This document shows positions 53,507-62,677 of a stretch of 64,000 bases of DNA, one piece after another (positions within the stretch are counted from its first letter, which is position 1; each line of letters opens with the position of its first letter). The position numbers and the translations under genes were made by a program. Origin of the DNA: Escherichia phage pEC-M719-6WT.2; the sequence record OQ845958.1; one strand, given 5' to 3'. The notes below the pieces were generated by a model. It searched no databases, was not told the origin of the DNA, and saw only the letters and a program-made list of their open reading frames with translations.

Positions 53507-55741
53507 ATGATTTTAGAAACTGAAAAGGAAACAATCCTTGGTAATGGTGCCAAGGCATCAGCATTCACAATCCAGGCATCTCCAAAGGTGTTTAAGATTC
53601 TGACCAGCGACCTTTACACAAATAAGGTGCGTGCAGTTGTTCGTGAGCTGATTACCAATATGATTGATGCTCATATGCTCAATGGTTGTCAGGATAAATT
53701 CATTGTTCAAGCTCCTGGTGAACTGGACCCACGCTTTGTGTGTCGTGACTTTGGTCCAGGTATGAGTGATTTCCAGATTCGTGGTGATGAAAATACCCCA
53801 GGTCTGTATAACAGTTTCTTTGCATCATCCAAGGCTGAATCCAATGATTTTATTGGTGGCTTTGGTCTGGGTTCTAAATCTCCGTTCAGTTATACAGAGA
53901 CGTTTAGCCTGATTTCGTATCATGATGGTCAAGTTAATGGTTATGTCGCTTATATGGATGGTGATGGTCCACAGATTAAGCCAACCTTTAGCGAACCAAT
54001 GAAACCTGGCGACCGCACAGGGATTGAAGTTGTTGTCCCGGTTGATAGTAATGATTTTGGTAAGTTCCGCCACGAGATTGCATATATCATGCGTCCATTT
54101 GCTGGACTGGCTGAAGTACAAGGCGTAGGCGAAATTAATTATTTCCCGGAATTTGATGATTATTATGCTCCAGAGCGTATTAATTATAGCAGCCCAGAAC
54201 GTTATGGTCTTTATGCAATTTACGGTGGAATTGTTTATCCAATTGCCGACGGTTATACAAAGAAAACCTGGATGACTGCCAAAAATGATGTTGTCTTTAT
54301 TAAGTTCCCGATGGGTTCGTTGGATATTGCACCTTCTCGCGAAGCATTATCACTGGACAAACGTACGGTCGCAAATATCGTTGAACGTATCGAATCCCTT
54401 GATAAGAAAGTCATGGAAGATGATTGTAAGAAATGGCAGGAATCAGAATGTATCCGCCACACGTATCGCGAATTACAGAGTCTGAGTTATGAAGCTCGTA
54501 ATTTTCTGAAAGCTCGTAATGCTGAAACGAAATTTACGAAATCGCAATTGACCTTTAACCAGATGTATGAAATGTTCGAGCTGGACAAAGACCTTATTAA
54601 TGCCGGGGTTGTCTATGATATCTATAGCACTACCCGTCTGAAACGTCTGCGTAACTCAAGCTCGAACACGAATACTGCAAGCCTGACGAGCATGTTTGGT
54701 ATTCAGAATAATACCTTGAACATTGTTATTGACGATGCTAAAGGGCGAATTGCGATGATTCGGGGCATCAGTTCAATGCTGTATGACACCAGCGCGAAAG
54801 CCAAAAAGCTCAAAGCATCTGGTAAAGTCCCGACTGTACAAGGTAGTAGTCTATTGTTCGTTGACCCAACCAGCGAAATTCAAACACGTCTGATGGTTCA
54901 ACTTCAAGAACGATTTAAAGGCGATACAGTTAATATCTATCGTACGTCTGAACTGACCGCCCTTGTAAAAGACTGGATTCCGGTTGCTGACCCGAAAGCG
55001 CGCGTTAAGTCAAAGACTCCATCATTGATTCGTTGGACTAAAACCAATGGCAAATGGCAGTCTGTTGAAGAATTTACATGTGCAGCTGATGCAGAGGAAA
55101 TCGATGGTTATGCTGTATTCATTAACCGCAGTAGCATTTCCCCGTTGAATCAGGATTATGGCGTCACGAACTTCGGGACCCAGACATTGTGTAAACTGGC
55201 AAACCTGTTGGAAATCAATGAATTCTGTGTTATTCGTCCACAGCTTCAGAAAAAGATTACCAAGCTGGCGCAGTGTGATTGTCTGATTGAAGCTGCAGTC
55301 AATCGTTATGTGGAATTGATTGATGCGGTTGATGCGGACCAGTACATTGCCGCTTCAAGCCGTTCGCGTTATTATATTCCTATCCTGTCTGAATATGCAG
55401 AACTGAATTTTATGTTCAAGTATTTTTATGCAAAAGATGTTCAGAAAGATGTGAATACTGACTATGCCGAATTAATGCAGTTCAATAAGTTCTTTGCTTA
55501 TAACGCATATAACAGTGGAACAGTTGATAAGACCATGCAGGAAACTCTGGTCCTTTGTAATAAGATTTATGACGACCTGACCAAAAACGCTTCGGTAACA
55601 AGCGATAAAATGGTTTTTGAATTTGAAAAGAATCACCCGATTGTTTCACACTTTTTATATAACCGTAACGCCATGTCAACTGAACAAGTACAGAACGTTG
55701 CTCAAATCATGAAGGCCGTGGAAGCGGCCAATAAGGAATAA
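53507..55741 (+). CDS. rIIA: rIIA protein (membrane-associated, GHKL ATPase-like)
   Basis: 744 aa; N-terminal HATPase-like motifs (ITNMIDAH, GGFGLGSKS); followed by rIIB. Confidence 0.88.
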   Translation: MILETEKETILGNGAKASAFTIQASPKVFKILTSDLYTNKVRAVVRELITNMIDAHMLNGCQDKFIVQAPGELDPRFVCRDFGPGMSDFQIRGDENTPGLYNSFFASSKAESNDFIGGFGLGSKSPFSYTETFSLISYHDGQVNGYVAYMDGDGPQIKPTFSEPMKPGDRTGIEVVVPVDSNDFGKFRHEIAYIMRPFAGLAEVQGVGEINYFPEFDDYYAPERINYSSPERYGLYAIYGGIVYPIADGYTKKTWMTAKNDVVFIKFPMGSLDIAPSREALSLDKRTVANIVERIESLDKKVMEDDCKKWQESECIRHTYRELQSLSYEARNFLKARNAETKFTKSQLTFNQMYEMFELDKDLINAGVVYDIYSTTRLKRLRNSSSNTNTASLTSMFGIQNNTLNIVIDDAKGRIAMIRGISSMLYDTSAKAKKLKASGKVPTVQGSSLLFVDPTSEIQTRLMVQLQERFKGDTVNIYRTSELTALVKDWIPVADPKARVKSKTPSLIRWTKTNGKWQSVEEFTCAADAEEIDGYAVFINRSSISPLNQDYGVTNFGTQTLCKLANLLEINEFCVIRPQLQKKITKLAQCDCLIEAAVNRYVELIDAVDADQYIAASSRSRYYIPILSEYAELNFMFKYFYAKDVQKDVNTDYAELMQFNKFFAYNAYNSGTVDKTMQETLVLCNKIYDDLTKNASVTSDKMVFEFEKNHPIVSHFLYNRNAMSTEQVQNVAQIMKAVEAANKE

Positions 55742-55742
55742 T

Positions 55743-56714
55743 ATGTTTAATATCAAATGTATGTCTAAAGCCGAACAAGCTGATGTGGTCCAGATGTATT
55801 CAACGGGCAATTATACCCAGCCTGAATTGGCAGAATATTTTGCTGTGTCCGTTGACACCATTCGCCGCGTTTTGAAAAATGATAAAGAATCAAAATTAGC
55901 TAAAACCATTTCTGCATCACTGAAAGCAGCTGTTGGTGTGGCGATTAATGCTCCGGTGACAGTAACGGTTGAAGTCCCGGTTGCTGATACAATCGGCGGT
56001 AGCCGCCCGGAAATCGTATGGAACGCATCAAGCAAATTCGTTTCCATCACCGAAGGTCGCACGGTCTGGAACGCAACAAAAGACCATAAACACTTTAATG
56101 ATATTATTCAGGCACTCAAAGAATCTCGTTTTGACGATGCTATCGAGTTTATCTCAATCAAAGCTGCGGTGCAAAAATATGTGAAAGGTGATGTGCGTAT
56201 TGAAGGTGGTAGTCTGTTCTATCAGGGAATTGAACTGCGCTCTGGTTTGGTTACTCGTATCATTGATTCAATGCAAAATGGTGAAGATTTTGAATTCTAT
56301 CTGCCGTTCCTTGAGAATCTCCTTGAGAACCCGAGTGAAAAAGCAGTACAGCGTTTGTTTGACTTCCTGGTTGCTAACGATATCGAAATCACCGAAGATG
56401 GTCATTTCATCGCCTGGAAAATGGTTCGTTCAACCTACAAAGATTGTCACTCAAACACATTCGACAACAGCCCTGGCCAATATGTTAAAATGCCACGCTC
56501 TCGTGTGAATGACAATGACGAACAAACCTGTTCAACTGGGCTGCACGTTTGTTCTAAAGGTTATATCGGAAGTGGCTTTGGTCATGGTGATGGGCGCATC
56601 GTATCCTGTAAAGTTCACCCGCGCGATGTTGTAAGTATCCCGGTGGATTATAATGATTCAAAAATGAGGGTTTGTGGTTACCTGGTTCTTGATGATGTAA
56701 CTGAACAATTCTAA
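55743..56714 (+). CDS. rIIB: rIIB protein
   Basis: 323 aa (T4 rIIB 312 aa); immediately downstream of rIIA. Confidence 0.85.
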   Translation: MFNIKCMSKAEQADVVQMYSTGNYTQPELAEYFAVSVDTIRRVLKNDKESKLAKTISASLKAAVGVAINAPVTVTVEVPVADTIGGSRPEIVWNASSKFVSITEGRTVWNATKDHKHFNDIIQALKESRFDDAIEFISIKAAVQKYVKGDVRIEGGSLFYQGIELRSGLVTRIIDSMQNGEDFEFYLPFLENLLENPSEKAVQRLFDFLVANDIEITEDGHFIAWKMVRSTYKDCHSNTFDNSPGQYVKMPRSRVNDNDEQTCSTGLHVCSKGYIGSGFGHGDGRIVSCKVHPRDVVSIPVDYNDSKMRVCGYLVLDDVTEQF

Positions 56715-56721
56715 ATTAATC

Positions 56722-56735
56722 GGGGCTTCGGCCCC
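56722..56735 (+). other. RNA hairpin (UUCG tetraloop) without T-tract
   Basis: GGGGC-TTCG-GCCCC right after rIIB stop. Confidence 0.4.
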
Positions 56736-56747
56736 TAATGAGGCTTT

Positions 56748-56945
56748 ATGTTAGGTTTCCAAGCACGTGTAGTTGAAGAATATGACCAGCTGGTTTTGAA
56801 AATCAATGCTCTTGAAGAGTTTATTAAGGGTGGTGTTTTTGAAACTCTTGATATCCGTCAACAAGGTCTTTTGATTGCCCAACTGGATGCGATGGGCGCA
56901 TATGCTCATGTACTGGCAATCCGTATCTCTTATTTTGGTGAATAA
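56748..56945 (+). CDS. hypothetical protein
   Basis: 65 aa. Confidence 0.4.
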   Translation: MLGFQARVVEEYDQLVLKINALEEFIKGGVFETLDIRQQGLLIAQLDAMGAYAHVLAIRISYFGE

Positions 56946-56948
56946 ATT

Positions 56949-57269
56949 ATGATTAACTATATGAACGTTGGCGATGAATCTATTAACGAAATCCGGTTGC
57001 ATGGTAATCATGTTGCGGATATTGTTTATTGTGTGGATTGTCATTATGCTTCTACAAAGTCAACTGGGCGGTTATATGCGAGGGACATCATTCTTGCAAC
57101 GAAAGAAGAACTTCGTAGTCTGGACCATTCTACACTAGCCGAAAGTGCCAGAATTTATTATGGCGTCGTTCATGTGGACAAAGTTTATATTGGCAGCGAT
57201 TATCAAGAGCAAGCTGAGCAAAATTCTTTAGATATTGTCGAAAAATCCGATATGTATTTTAAAGGATGA
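56949..57269 (+). CDS. hypothetical protein
   Basis: 106 aa. Confidence 0.45.
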   Translation: MINYMNVGDESINEIRLHGNHVADIVYCVDCHYASTKSTGRLYARDIILATKEELRSLDHSTLAESARIYYGVVHVDKVYIGSDYQEQAEQNSLDIVEKSDMYFKG

Positions 57270-57273
57270 CATT

Positions 57274-57867
57274 ATGATTCAGAAGAGTAAAACATGGGAG
57301 CATCTGAAAAAGATGCCCTCCTTTCTTTATACAAAAGAAGACTTAACCCCCGAATCCCTGCAAAAGATTGTAGACACTGCCAGGTATTCATTGCGTAAAG
57401 ACCCTGGTCAGGACCGTGAGCAAGTCATGCAAAGATGTATGGTGGCTACAATGGCTGAACAAGCTATTGCTAAATGGACCTCCGGTTTTTTATGTGGTGG
57501 CGATGAAGATTACGATAATCCTTATTCCTTTGCATTTGATGTAGTTTCGAAGGAAGGGGTAAGAATCGAAGTCAAGACCCATCAGTCTGGTTCCAAATGG
57601 ATATCCGTGCACACTGGCAGCCATGGCGATTACCCACACGGTTACGGAGTTAATCTTGGCCCTTTTATGCAGCACAAGCTTGCTGACCTTATGATTATGT
57701 TTAATGTAAAAGAGACTATCAAAGGTTATAGATTTAAACCAAAATTCCTTGCTGGGCCGGGTGCTTTCGTTCCTGAGTCTGGTCTTGTGCAGAAGTCACA
57801 AGGGGATGGCTGGTACCTCCGTTCTTGTTCAGAAGAAAAATTTCCCTATCACCGGTTTACAAGCTGA
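57274..57867 (+). CDS. hypothetical protein with possible PD-(D/E)xK nuclease motif
   Basis: 197 aa from ATG 57274; FAFDVVSKEGVRIEVK fits D...E-x-K pattern. Confidence 0.35.
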   Translation: MIQKSKTWEHLKKMPSFLYTKEDLTPESLQKIVDTARYSLRKDPGQDREQVMQRCMVATMAEQAIAKWTSGFLCGGDEDYDNPYSFAFDVVSKEGVRIEVKTHQSGSKWISVHTGSHGDYPHGYGVNLGPFMQHKLADLMIMFNVKETIKGYRFKPKFLAGPGAFVPESGLVQKSQGDGWYLRSCSEEKFPYHRFTS

Positions 57868-57914
57868 ACCAACCATGTAATAATGTCCTCACACCAACAA
57901 ATGAGGACATTATC

Positions 57915-58190
57915 ATGGAACACGTTACTACTAATAACATCAAACAAATTCTTATTCAAGCACTCAAAAACAACAACATCAATTTTCCAACCCATGAAAT
58001 TTTTGATGTAGTATTCAACGAAGTCCAGGGACAAGTTGCCTATTATGACGTTATCATTTATCTTTCAGAATTTGAAGTCTACCACCTGACTGAAATCGCT
58101 TTCTATCTCTATCGTGGAACAGCAGATTTTACTGGGGTCGTGAATGCAGTTGGTGCATATAAAGAAGTTAAAGAACAAATGCACAATTAA
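57915..58190 (+). CDS. hypothetical protein
   Basis: 91 aa from ATG 57915 (SD GAGGA). Confidence 0.4.
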   Translation: MEHVTTNNIKQILIQALKNNNINFPTHEIFDVVFNEVQGQVAYYDVIIYLSEFEVYHLTEIAFYLYRGTADFTGVVNAVGAYKEVKEQMHN

Positions 58191-58200
58191 TCAAAAAGTA

Positions 58201-58230
58201 GTGTACATCAGTATGGAGTCTATGTATAAT
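58201..58230 (+). promoter_or_regulatory. early promoter (GTGTACA, 17 nt, TATAAT) flanked by inverted repeat
   Basis: CAGTATGGA (58209-58217) and TCCATACTG (58234-58242) flank the -10. Confidence 0.5.
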
Positions 58231-58266
58231 GATTCCATACTGAGTTACCAAATACTGGAGAATAAA

Positions 58267-58422
58267 ATGAAACCTGCTCAATATGCAATGACTTTATACC
58301 TTGAAGTTAATGGCGATATTACTGAATTTTTTAAATTAATGCAACAGCGTGGAAAAAGTTTTGCAGTTACTGAGCGTCAATTTTACGCATGTCGCAAAAA
58401 TACATACAATCGTTATGCATGA
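58267..58422 (+). CDS. small hypothetical protein (51 aa)
   Basis: internal ATG of track ORF 58144-58422 following conserved leader. Confidence 0.35.
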   Translation: MKPAQYAMTLYLEVNGDITEFFKLMQQRGKSFAVTERQFYACRKNTYNRYA

Positions 58423-58432
58423 GGAAAATAAA

Positions 58433-58699
58433 ATGGATATTAAATTATACTACGCCAAACACAAAGTTACAGGTATGGTTGTTGCTGCTATGTATGATGC
58501 ATCAGGTGATGGTGATGATGTTACCACAGAATTGTCTCTTTCTGATTGTAAATTTCTTCGTCCATTGATTGCATCAAAGGAAGATTTAAAAAAGCTTATT
58601 GATGGAAAACTGGATAATGTTGATGGCATAGATATTCTTTATGACCTTCGCACTGCATTGTACAGAGGATTGATTGAAATCAAAGAGGTGATATTTTGA
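58433..58699 (+). CDS. hypothetical protein
   Basis: 88 aa from ATG 58433. Confidence 0.4.
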   Translation: MDIKLYYAKHKVTGMVVAAMYDASGDGDDVTTELSLSDCKFLRPLIASKEDLKKLIDGKLDNVDGIDILYDLRTALYRGLIEIKEVIF

Positions 58700-58789
58700 G
58701 CAGCAAAACCTGGTGCCTTATCTGGATGCTGTGTATCCCAGTAATTTGCGTTTGTTTTAGTTTATTATTAATGAAACTTGCATAAAAGA

Positions 58790-58818
58790 GTGTACATCTC
58801 CAGTGGTTGTAGTATAAT
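58790..58818 (+). promoter_or_regulatory. early promoter (GTGTACA, 16 nt, TATAAT)
   Basis: followed by leader GAACCTATCAACTACTGGAG. Confidence 0.45.
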
Positions 58819-58844
58819 GAACCTATCAACTACTGGAGATGATT

Positions 58845-58961
58845 ATGAAAAAGTTACTTAAAGCCATTTGGAACATGTTTGTACTGTTTGTTGTCCTGAG
58901 CATTTTCCCAATTGTTTTTATGATTGACCATGTGCGTGTTTACTTTAACTATTTCTTTTGA
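58845..58961 (+). CDS. small membrane peptide (38 aa)
   Basis: hand-translated; one TM helix. Confidence 0.25.
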   Translation: MKKLLKAIWNMFVLFVVLSIFPIVFMIDHVRVYFNYFF

Positions 58962-58971
58962 GGATAATATT

Positions 58972-59178
58972 ATGAATTACAATTCACAATTTCAGAAATC
59001 CAATCGTCGCTTTGACTTTATGTTCAAGTTTATTGTGGCGATGATTATCCTGATTTTCATTGGTGCCATTGCAATGATTGGTTTCCAGCTCTGGATTGCT
59101 GCTGAAGTGTTCACACAAATCCAGGATAATGGTTTGAAGTCTGTTGTTGATGTAATTTGGAATGGAGCTAAGCAATGA
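58972..59178 (+). CDS. small membrane protein
   Basis: 68 aa from ATG 58972 (SD GAGGA); long hydrophobic helix. Confidence 0.4.
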   Translation: MNYNSQFQKSNRRFDFMFKFIVAMIILIFIGAIAMIGFQLWIAAEVFTQIQDNGLKSVVDVIWNGAKQ

Positions 59179-59420
59179 AACTTTTTAAAGACATTGCAGT
59201 TGGTGAAAAATTTGTCCTTGGTAATGGTCAACAACTGATTCGCATTTCGCCTTTAATGGATAACAGCGAGCGCCCTGTGCGCACTGAAAACTGTTTGGAT
59301 TATCCTTTTTATCAGAAGCGTTTTGCAATTGAAAATAATACTGAGTGCTTCACGGTTGATGAACTGATGGAATCATCAGAAGAAGTTGACTTGTGGGATG
59401 GCGCGGTAGACCCTGAATAA
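59175..59420 (+). CDS. hypothetical protein
   Basis: 81 aa; ATGA overlap. Confidence 0.4.
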   Translation: MKLFKDIAVGEKFVLGNGQQLIRISPLMDNSERPVRTENCLDYPFYQKRFAIENNTECFTVDELMESSEEVDLWDGAVDPE

Positions 59421-59435
59421 ACTGAGGAAAATATT

Positions 59436-59582
59436 ATGGACAATAGAATTTATAAAGTAAAGCTTCATGGTAAAGTGATTAAAACTCTTAGTTTTAATGC
59501 GTATATTAGCGCAAATTGTGCGCGGGATATCCTCATTGAGGAAGGTTACAGCAAGTACATTCAGATTGAAGAAGTTCTTTAA
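59436..59582 (+). CDS. small hypothetical protein (48 aa)
   Basis: hand-translated; SD GAGGAA. Confidence 0.25.
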   Translation: MDNRIYKVKLHGKVIKTLSFNAYISANCARDILIEEGYSKYIQIEEVL

Positions 59583-59609
59583 AAAGGTTTACTTACTGGG
59601 GAAAATATT

Positions 59610-59954
59610 ATGTCTAAAGTATTTTTTGGTAATGCTAAAGTTATGTTCTTTAAACAGATTAGCCTTCAGGAGGCGTCGGAGGCATTCAATCAAAGTATGA
59701 TTCCTGACGTACATCCAAAAGTTATGACGAGTGCTGATTTCGTTTTCGTCCAAGACCCGGAAACAGGCTTTTATCGGTTCATTAAATTTCGTATGAGTAT
59801 GGAGCCAGGTTATCATAGTGCTTACTACGTGAGTTATGAAAATGTTATCAAAGAATTGCGTAATACCTATAAGCGCGCTTTGACCCCGCTGAATAAGGTG
59901 TATAATGCTTCCTTTTATACGAGCGGATTTATTTTAGAACAGCTTCAAAAATAG
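59610..59954 (+). CDS. hypothetical protein
   Basis: 114 aa. Confidence 0.45.
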   Translation: MSKVFFGNAKVMFFKQISLQEASEAFNQSMIPDVHPKVMTSADFVFVQDPETGFYRFIKFRMSMEPGYHSAYYVSYENVIKELRNTYKRALTPLNKVYNASFYTSGFILEQLQK

Positions 59955-59989
59955 TGTACAAACTCTTGGGGTCAGAGTATAATGACCCC
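59954..59989 (+). promoter_or_regulatory. early promoter with -10 inside palindrome (44-bp exact copy of 48743-48786)
   Basis: GTGTACA, 17 nt, TATAAT flanked by GGGGTCA/TGACCCC. Confidence 0.5.
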
Positions 59990-60027
59990 ACTGGAGCAAA
60001 AAACTTTAACTTACTGAGGAAATTAAT

Positions 60028-60477
60028 ATGACTACTTACATGACCCGTCGTGACGTACTGAATGCTGGTGCTACCACTGTTGCTTATATCCATAATGGTA
60101 ATTATGTTGCCGGTCGCCCAACTAAAGAAGCTATCACTCAACCAGGTTTTTATTTCGTGGTTAAAGGTGAAGGTGAATCGCGTATTGTTGCCGCACGTTT
60201 TTATGTTGGTAACCAACGTTCACAACAAGGGTTTGACACTGTATTAAGTCACATCCGCAAACAGCGTTCTCAACTGTCTCGCACAATGGCGAACAATGGG
60301 GTTATCTATGAAGTCCTGTTTGTCCCAGTTTCTAAAATGAAACCTCTGACAACTGGTTATGGTAAAGGTCAAATTGCAATGGCGTTCACTCGCTCGCATA
60401 GTTCTGATTGCCAGACCCTTTCAGAAATGAATCGCATGCTTGCTGATAACTTTAAATTCATTCTGCAGAGCTATTAA
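60028..60477 (+). CDS. hypothetical protein
   Basis: 149 aa. Confidence 0.5.
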   Translation: MTTYMTRRDVLNAGATTVAYIHNGNYVAGRPTKEAITQPGFYFVVKGEGESRIVAARFYVGNQRSQQGFDTVLSHIRKQRSQLSRTMANNGVIYEVLFVPVSKMKPLTTGYGKGQIAMAFTRSHSSDCQTLSEMNRMLADNFKFILQSY

Positions 60478-60566
60478 TATGAGTAATTTCCATAATGAAC
60501 ACGTGATGCAATGGCATCGTCATAATCTGAAATTAACTGGCGTCTTTGGACGCCCTTGAGGAAAAT

Positions 60567-60719
60567 ATGAAATTTGTTCATGGCGTAGCTTTTTTCTGTT
60601 GGTCATTTTTATTTGTTGGAACATTAATAACTGGAGAAACTTCAGTATTTCTGCAGTCAACAGCTCAAGGTGTATTAGCGACTTTAACACTATTTAAATT
60701 ATTGGATAAAAATGATTAA
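60567..60719 (+). CDS. small membrane protein (50 aa)
   Basis: hand-translated; hydrophobic. Confidence 0.25.
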   Translation: MKFVHGVAFFCWSFLFVGTLITGETSVFLQSTAQGVLATLTLFKLLDKND

Positions 60720-60852
60720 GAAAATCTTGGGCTACTCGTTAGCCCTTGCTACTTTGTTGGTGGCGCTGTATTACGGAGTTGTGTTTGCATTAGTGCAGGT
60801 TGTGCTTTTTATTTCTGATGCTATAATGGCAGTACATTCGTTAATTTGGTAA
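60712..60852 (+). CDS. small membrane protein (46 aa)
   Basis: hand-translated; hydrophobic. Confidence 0.25.
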   Translation: MIKKILGYSLALATLLVALYYGVVFALVQVVLFISDAIMAVHSLIW

Positions 60853-60860
60853 GGTGATAT

Positions 60861-62240
60861 ATGTCTGACGTTTTAAGTATGATGTCCAAACAGTTCAGTG
60901 ATTCCATGGGGACCCTTAACCCACGCAGTCTAAAAGACATTATTGATGTGGAAGCATTGTCATATGCTATCTACACTGTGGAAGGTCGTGCCATCCCAAA
61001 CATGATTGATGGTTTTAAACCAGTTCACAGATTTGTTATGGCGAGAGCATTAGACCTGGCACGTGGTGATAAGAATAAATTCCATAAGGTTGCATCCATT
61101 GCAGGTGGCGTAGCTGATTATGGTTATCACCATGGTGAAGCATCAGCTGAAGAAGCAACTTCTGGGTTGGTCGCAACATATAAAAATGAATATCCCATGT
61201 TTGATGGGCAAGGTAACTTTGGTTCCAGAATGGTGCCAGAAGCATCATCGGCTCGTTATGTATTCGCAAGGGTTTCAAAGAACTTTTACAACTTGTTTAA
61301 GGATACAGAATATGCTCCGGTCCATCCTGATGAAGAACATAAGCCTCCTGCTTTTTATCTTCCTGTTATTCCTACTGTATTACTTAACGCCACTTCTGGG
61401 ATTGCTGTTGGCTTTGCTACTGATATCCTTCCTCATTCGTTCCAGGACGTCAAGGAAGCTGTTAAAGCTATCGTGGAAGGTCGTGAGCCGGTTGCTCCGA
61501 AAGTAAAATATCCAGAATTCCGTGGTAAAGTTGTTGAGCTGGAAGAGCCTGGTAAGTATGAGCTTCACGGCACATACAAAATGACCTCAAGGACTCAAAT
61601 GGAAATTACTGAAATCCCGGTCCAATGGAACCTGGAAAAATATACAAGTAAAATCCTGGACCCACTGGAAGAGAAAGGTTTTATCACCTGGAAAGATAAC
61701 TGCGGCGAGCATGGTTTTGGGTTTAAGATTAAATTCCGCAAAGAATACAAGTTGGATGGCACTGAAGAAGAGAATCATGAGAAAATCATGAAAGACTTTG
61801 GTCTGATTGAGAAACTCTCCCAGAACTTAACTGTGCTTAATCACAAAGGCAAATTAGCTGAATACACCAACACGCTTGACCTGATTCGCGATTTCGTTGA
61901 TGTCCGTAAGACTTATGTTCAAGTGCGAATTGACAGTAAGATTAAAGAAACTGAAGCGGCATTTAAACTGGCCCGGGCAAAAGTCTTCTTTATTAAAGAA
62001 GTGATTGATGGTAAGGTTGTTATCCAGGGGAAACCTCGTAAGAAGTTGATTGAGGAGCTCCAGGCGAGTGAAATATATGGCGATTATGCAGAGAAGTTAG
62101 TGGCGATGAACATCTACCATATGACCTCTGATGAAGCTAAGAAGCTTGCGGACGAAGCTAAGGCTAAGAAAGCTGAGCATGAGTACTGGAAGACAACTGA
62201 CGTTAAAACTGAGTACCTTAATGATTTGGAGGCTCTATGA
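60861..62240 (+). CDS. 52: DNA topoisomerase II medium subunit gp52 (GyrA-like cleavage subunit)
   Basis: 459 aa (T4 gp52 442 aa); N-terminal region aligns with remembered T4 gp52 / GyrA breakage-reunion domain. Confidence 0.88.
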   Translation: MSDVLSMMSKQFSDSMGTLNPRSLKDIIDVEALSYAIYTVEGRAIPNMIDGFKPVHRFVMARALDLARGDKNKFHKVASIAGGVADYGYHHGEASAEEATSGLVATYKNEYPMFDGQGNFGSRMVPEASSARYVFARVSKNFYNLFKDTEYAPVHPDEEHKPPAFYLPVIPTVLLNATSGIAVGFATDILPHSFQDVKEAVKAIVEGREPVAPKVKYPEFRGKVVELEEPGKYELHGTYKMTSRTQMEITEIPVQWNLEKYTSKILDPLEEKGFITWKDNCGEHGFGFKIKFRKEYKLDGTEEENHEKIMKDFGLIEKLSQNLTVLNHKGKLAEYTNTLDLIRDFVDVRKTYVQVRIDSKIKETEAAFKLARAKVFFIKEVIDGKVVIQGKPRKKLIEELQASEIYGDYAEKLVAMNIYHMTSDEAKKLADEAKAKKAEHEYWKTTDVKTEYLNDLEAL

Positions 62241-62335
62241 GTTTTGGAGTTGAGTTTGCATTGCTTTGTATTTTCGCGGCAATCGCAGGTGTGATTGTTG
62301 GTATGTTTATTGGTAATAAGATAGATAAAGACTAG
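62237..62335 (+). CDS. small membrane peptide (32 aa)
   Basis: hand-translated; ATGA overlap with gene 52 stop. Confidence 0.2.
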   Translation: MSFGVEFALLCIFAAIAGVIVGMFIGNKIDKD

Positions 62336-62357
62336 GACCCTTCGGGGTCCTTTTTTA
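62335..62357 (+). terminator. rho-independent terminator
   Basis: GGACCC-TTCG-GGGTCC hairpin plus T6. Confidence 0.65.
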
Positions 62358-62380
62358 TTTTAAAATATTTTAAAAAAGTA

Positions 62381-62410
62381 GTGTACATGACCCTTGACCT
62401 GATGCATAAT
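62381..62410 (+). promoter_or_regulatory. early promoter (GTGTACA, 17 nt, CATAAT)
   Basis: AAAAGTAGTGTACA box and GATTCCATACTGAGTTAC leader. Confidence 0.5.
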
Positions 62411-62459
62411 GATTCCATACTGAGTTACAAACTGAATCACAAAAACTTTGGAGAATAAA

Positions 62460-62675
62460 ATGTTTACTGCACAACAGAATGAAGGTCAAGAATACATTAA
62501 CGCTAAATTCAAATCTAATAAAGAAGCTTGCTATTATTACTTTGACATGTTCAAACTGGCGAATTCTAAAGAAGAACGTAAACAAGCGATTGATGTTATT
62601 GTTTCTACTTCCCATATGAAACGTACTGTGGTACAATCATATGCATCAAATTACATGAAATCTATTAAGGGATAA
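62460..62675 (+). CDS. hypothetical protein
   Basis: 71 aa from ATG 62460 (SD GGAGAA). Confidence 0.4.
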   Translation: MFTAQQNEGQEYINAKFKSNKEACYYYFDMFKLANSKEERKQAIDVIVSTSHMKRTVVQSYASNYMKSIKG

Positions 62676-62677
62676 TT

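Noticed and set aside
57274-57867. Calling this ORF denB (endonuclease IV)
   Set aside because: Only positional plausibility and a loose PD-(D/E)xK pattern; I cannot recall DenB sequence to support homology, and a cytosine-specific endonuclease would be self-harmful if the phage DNA is unmodified.
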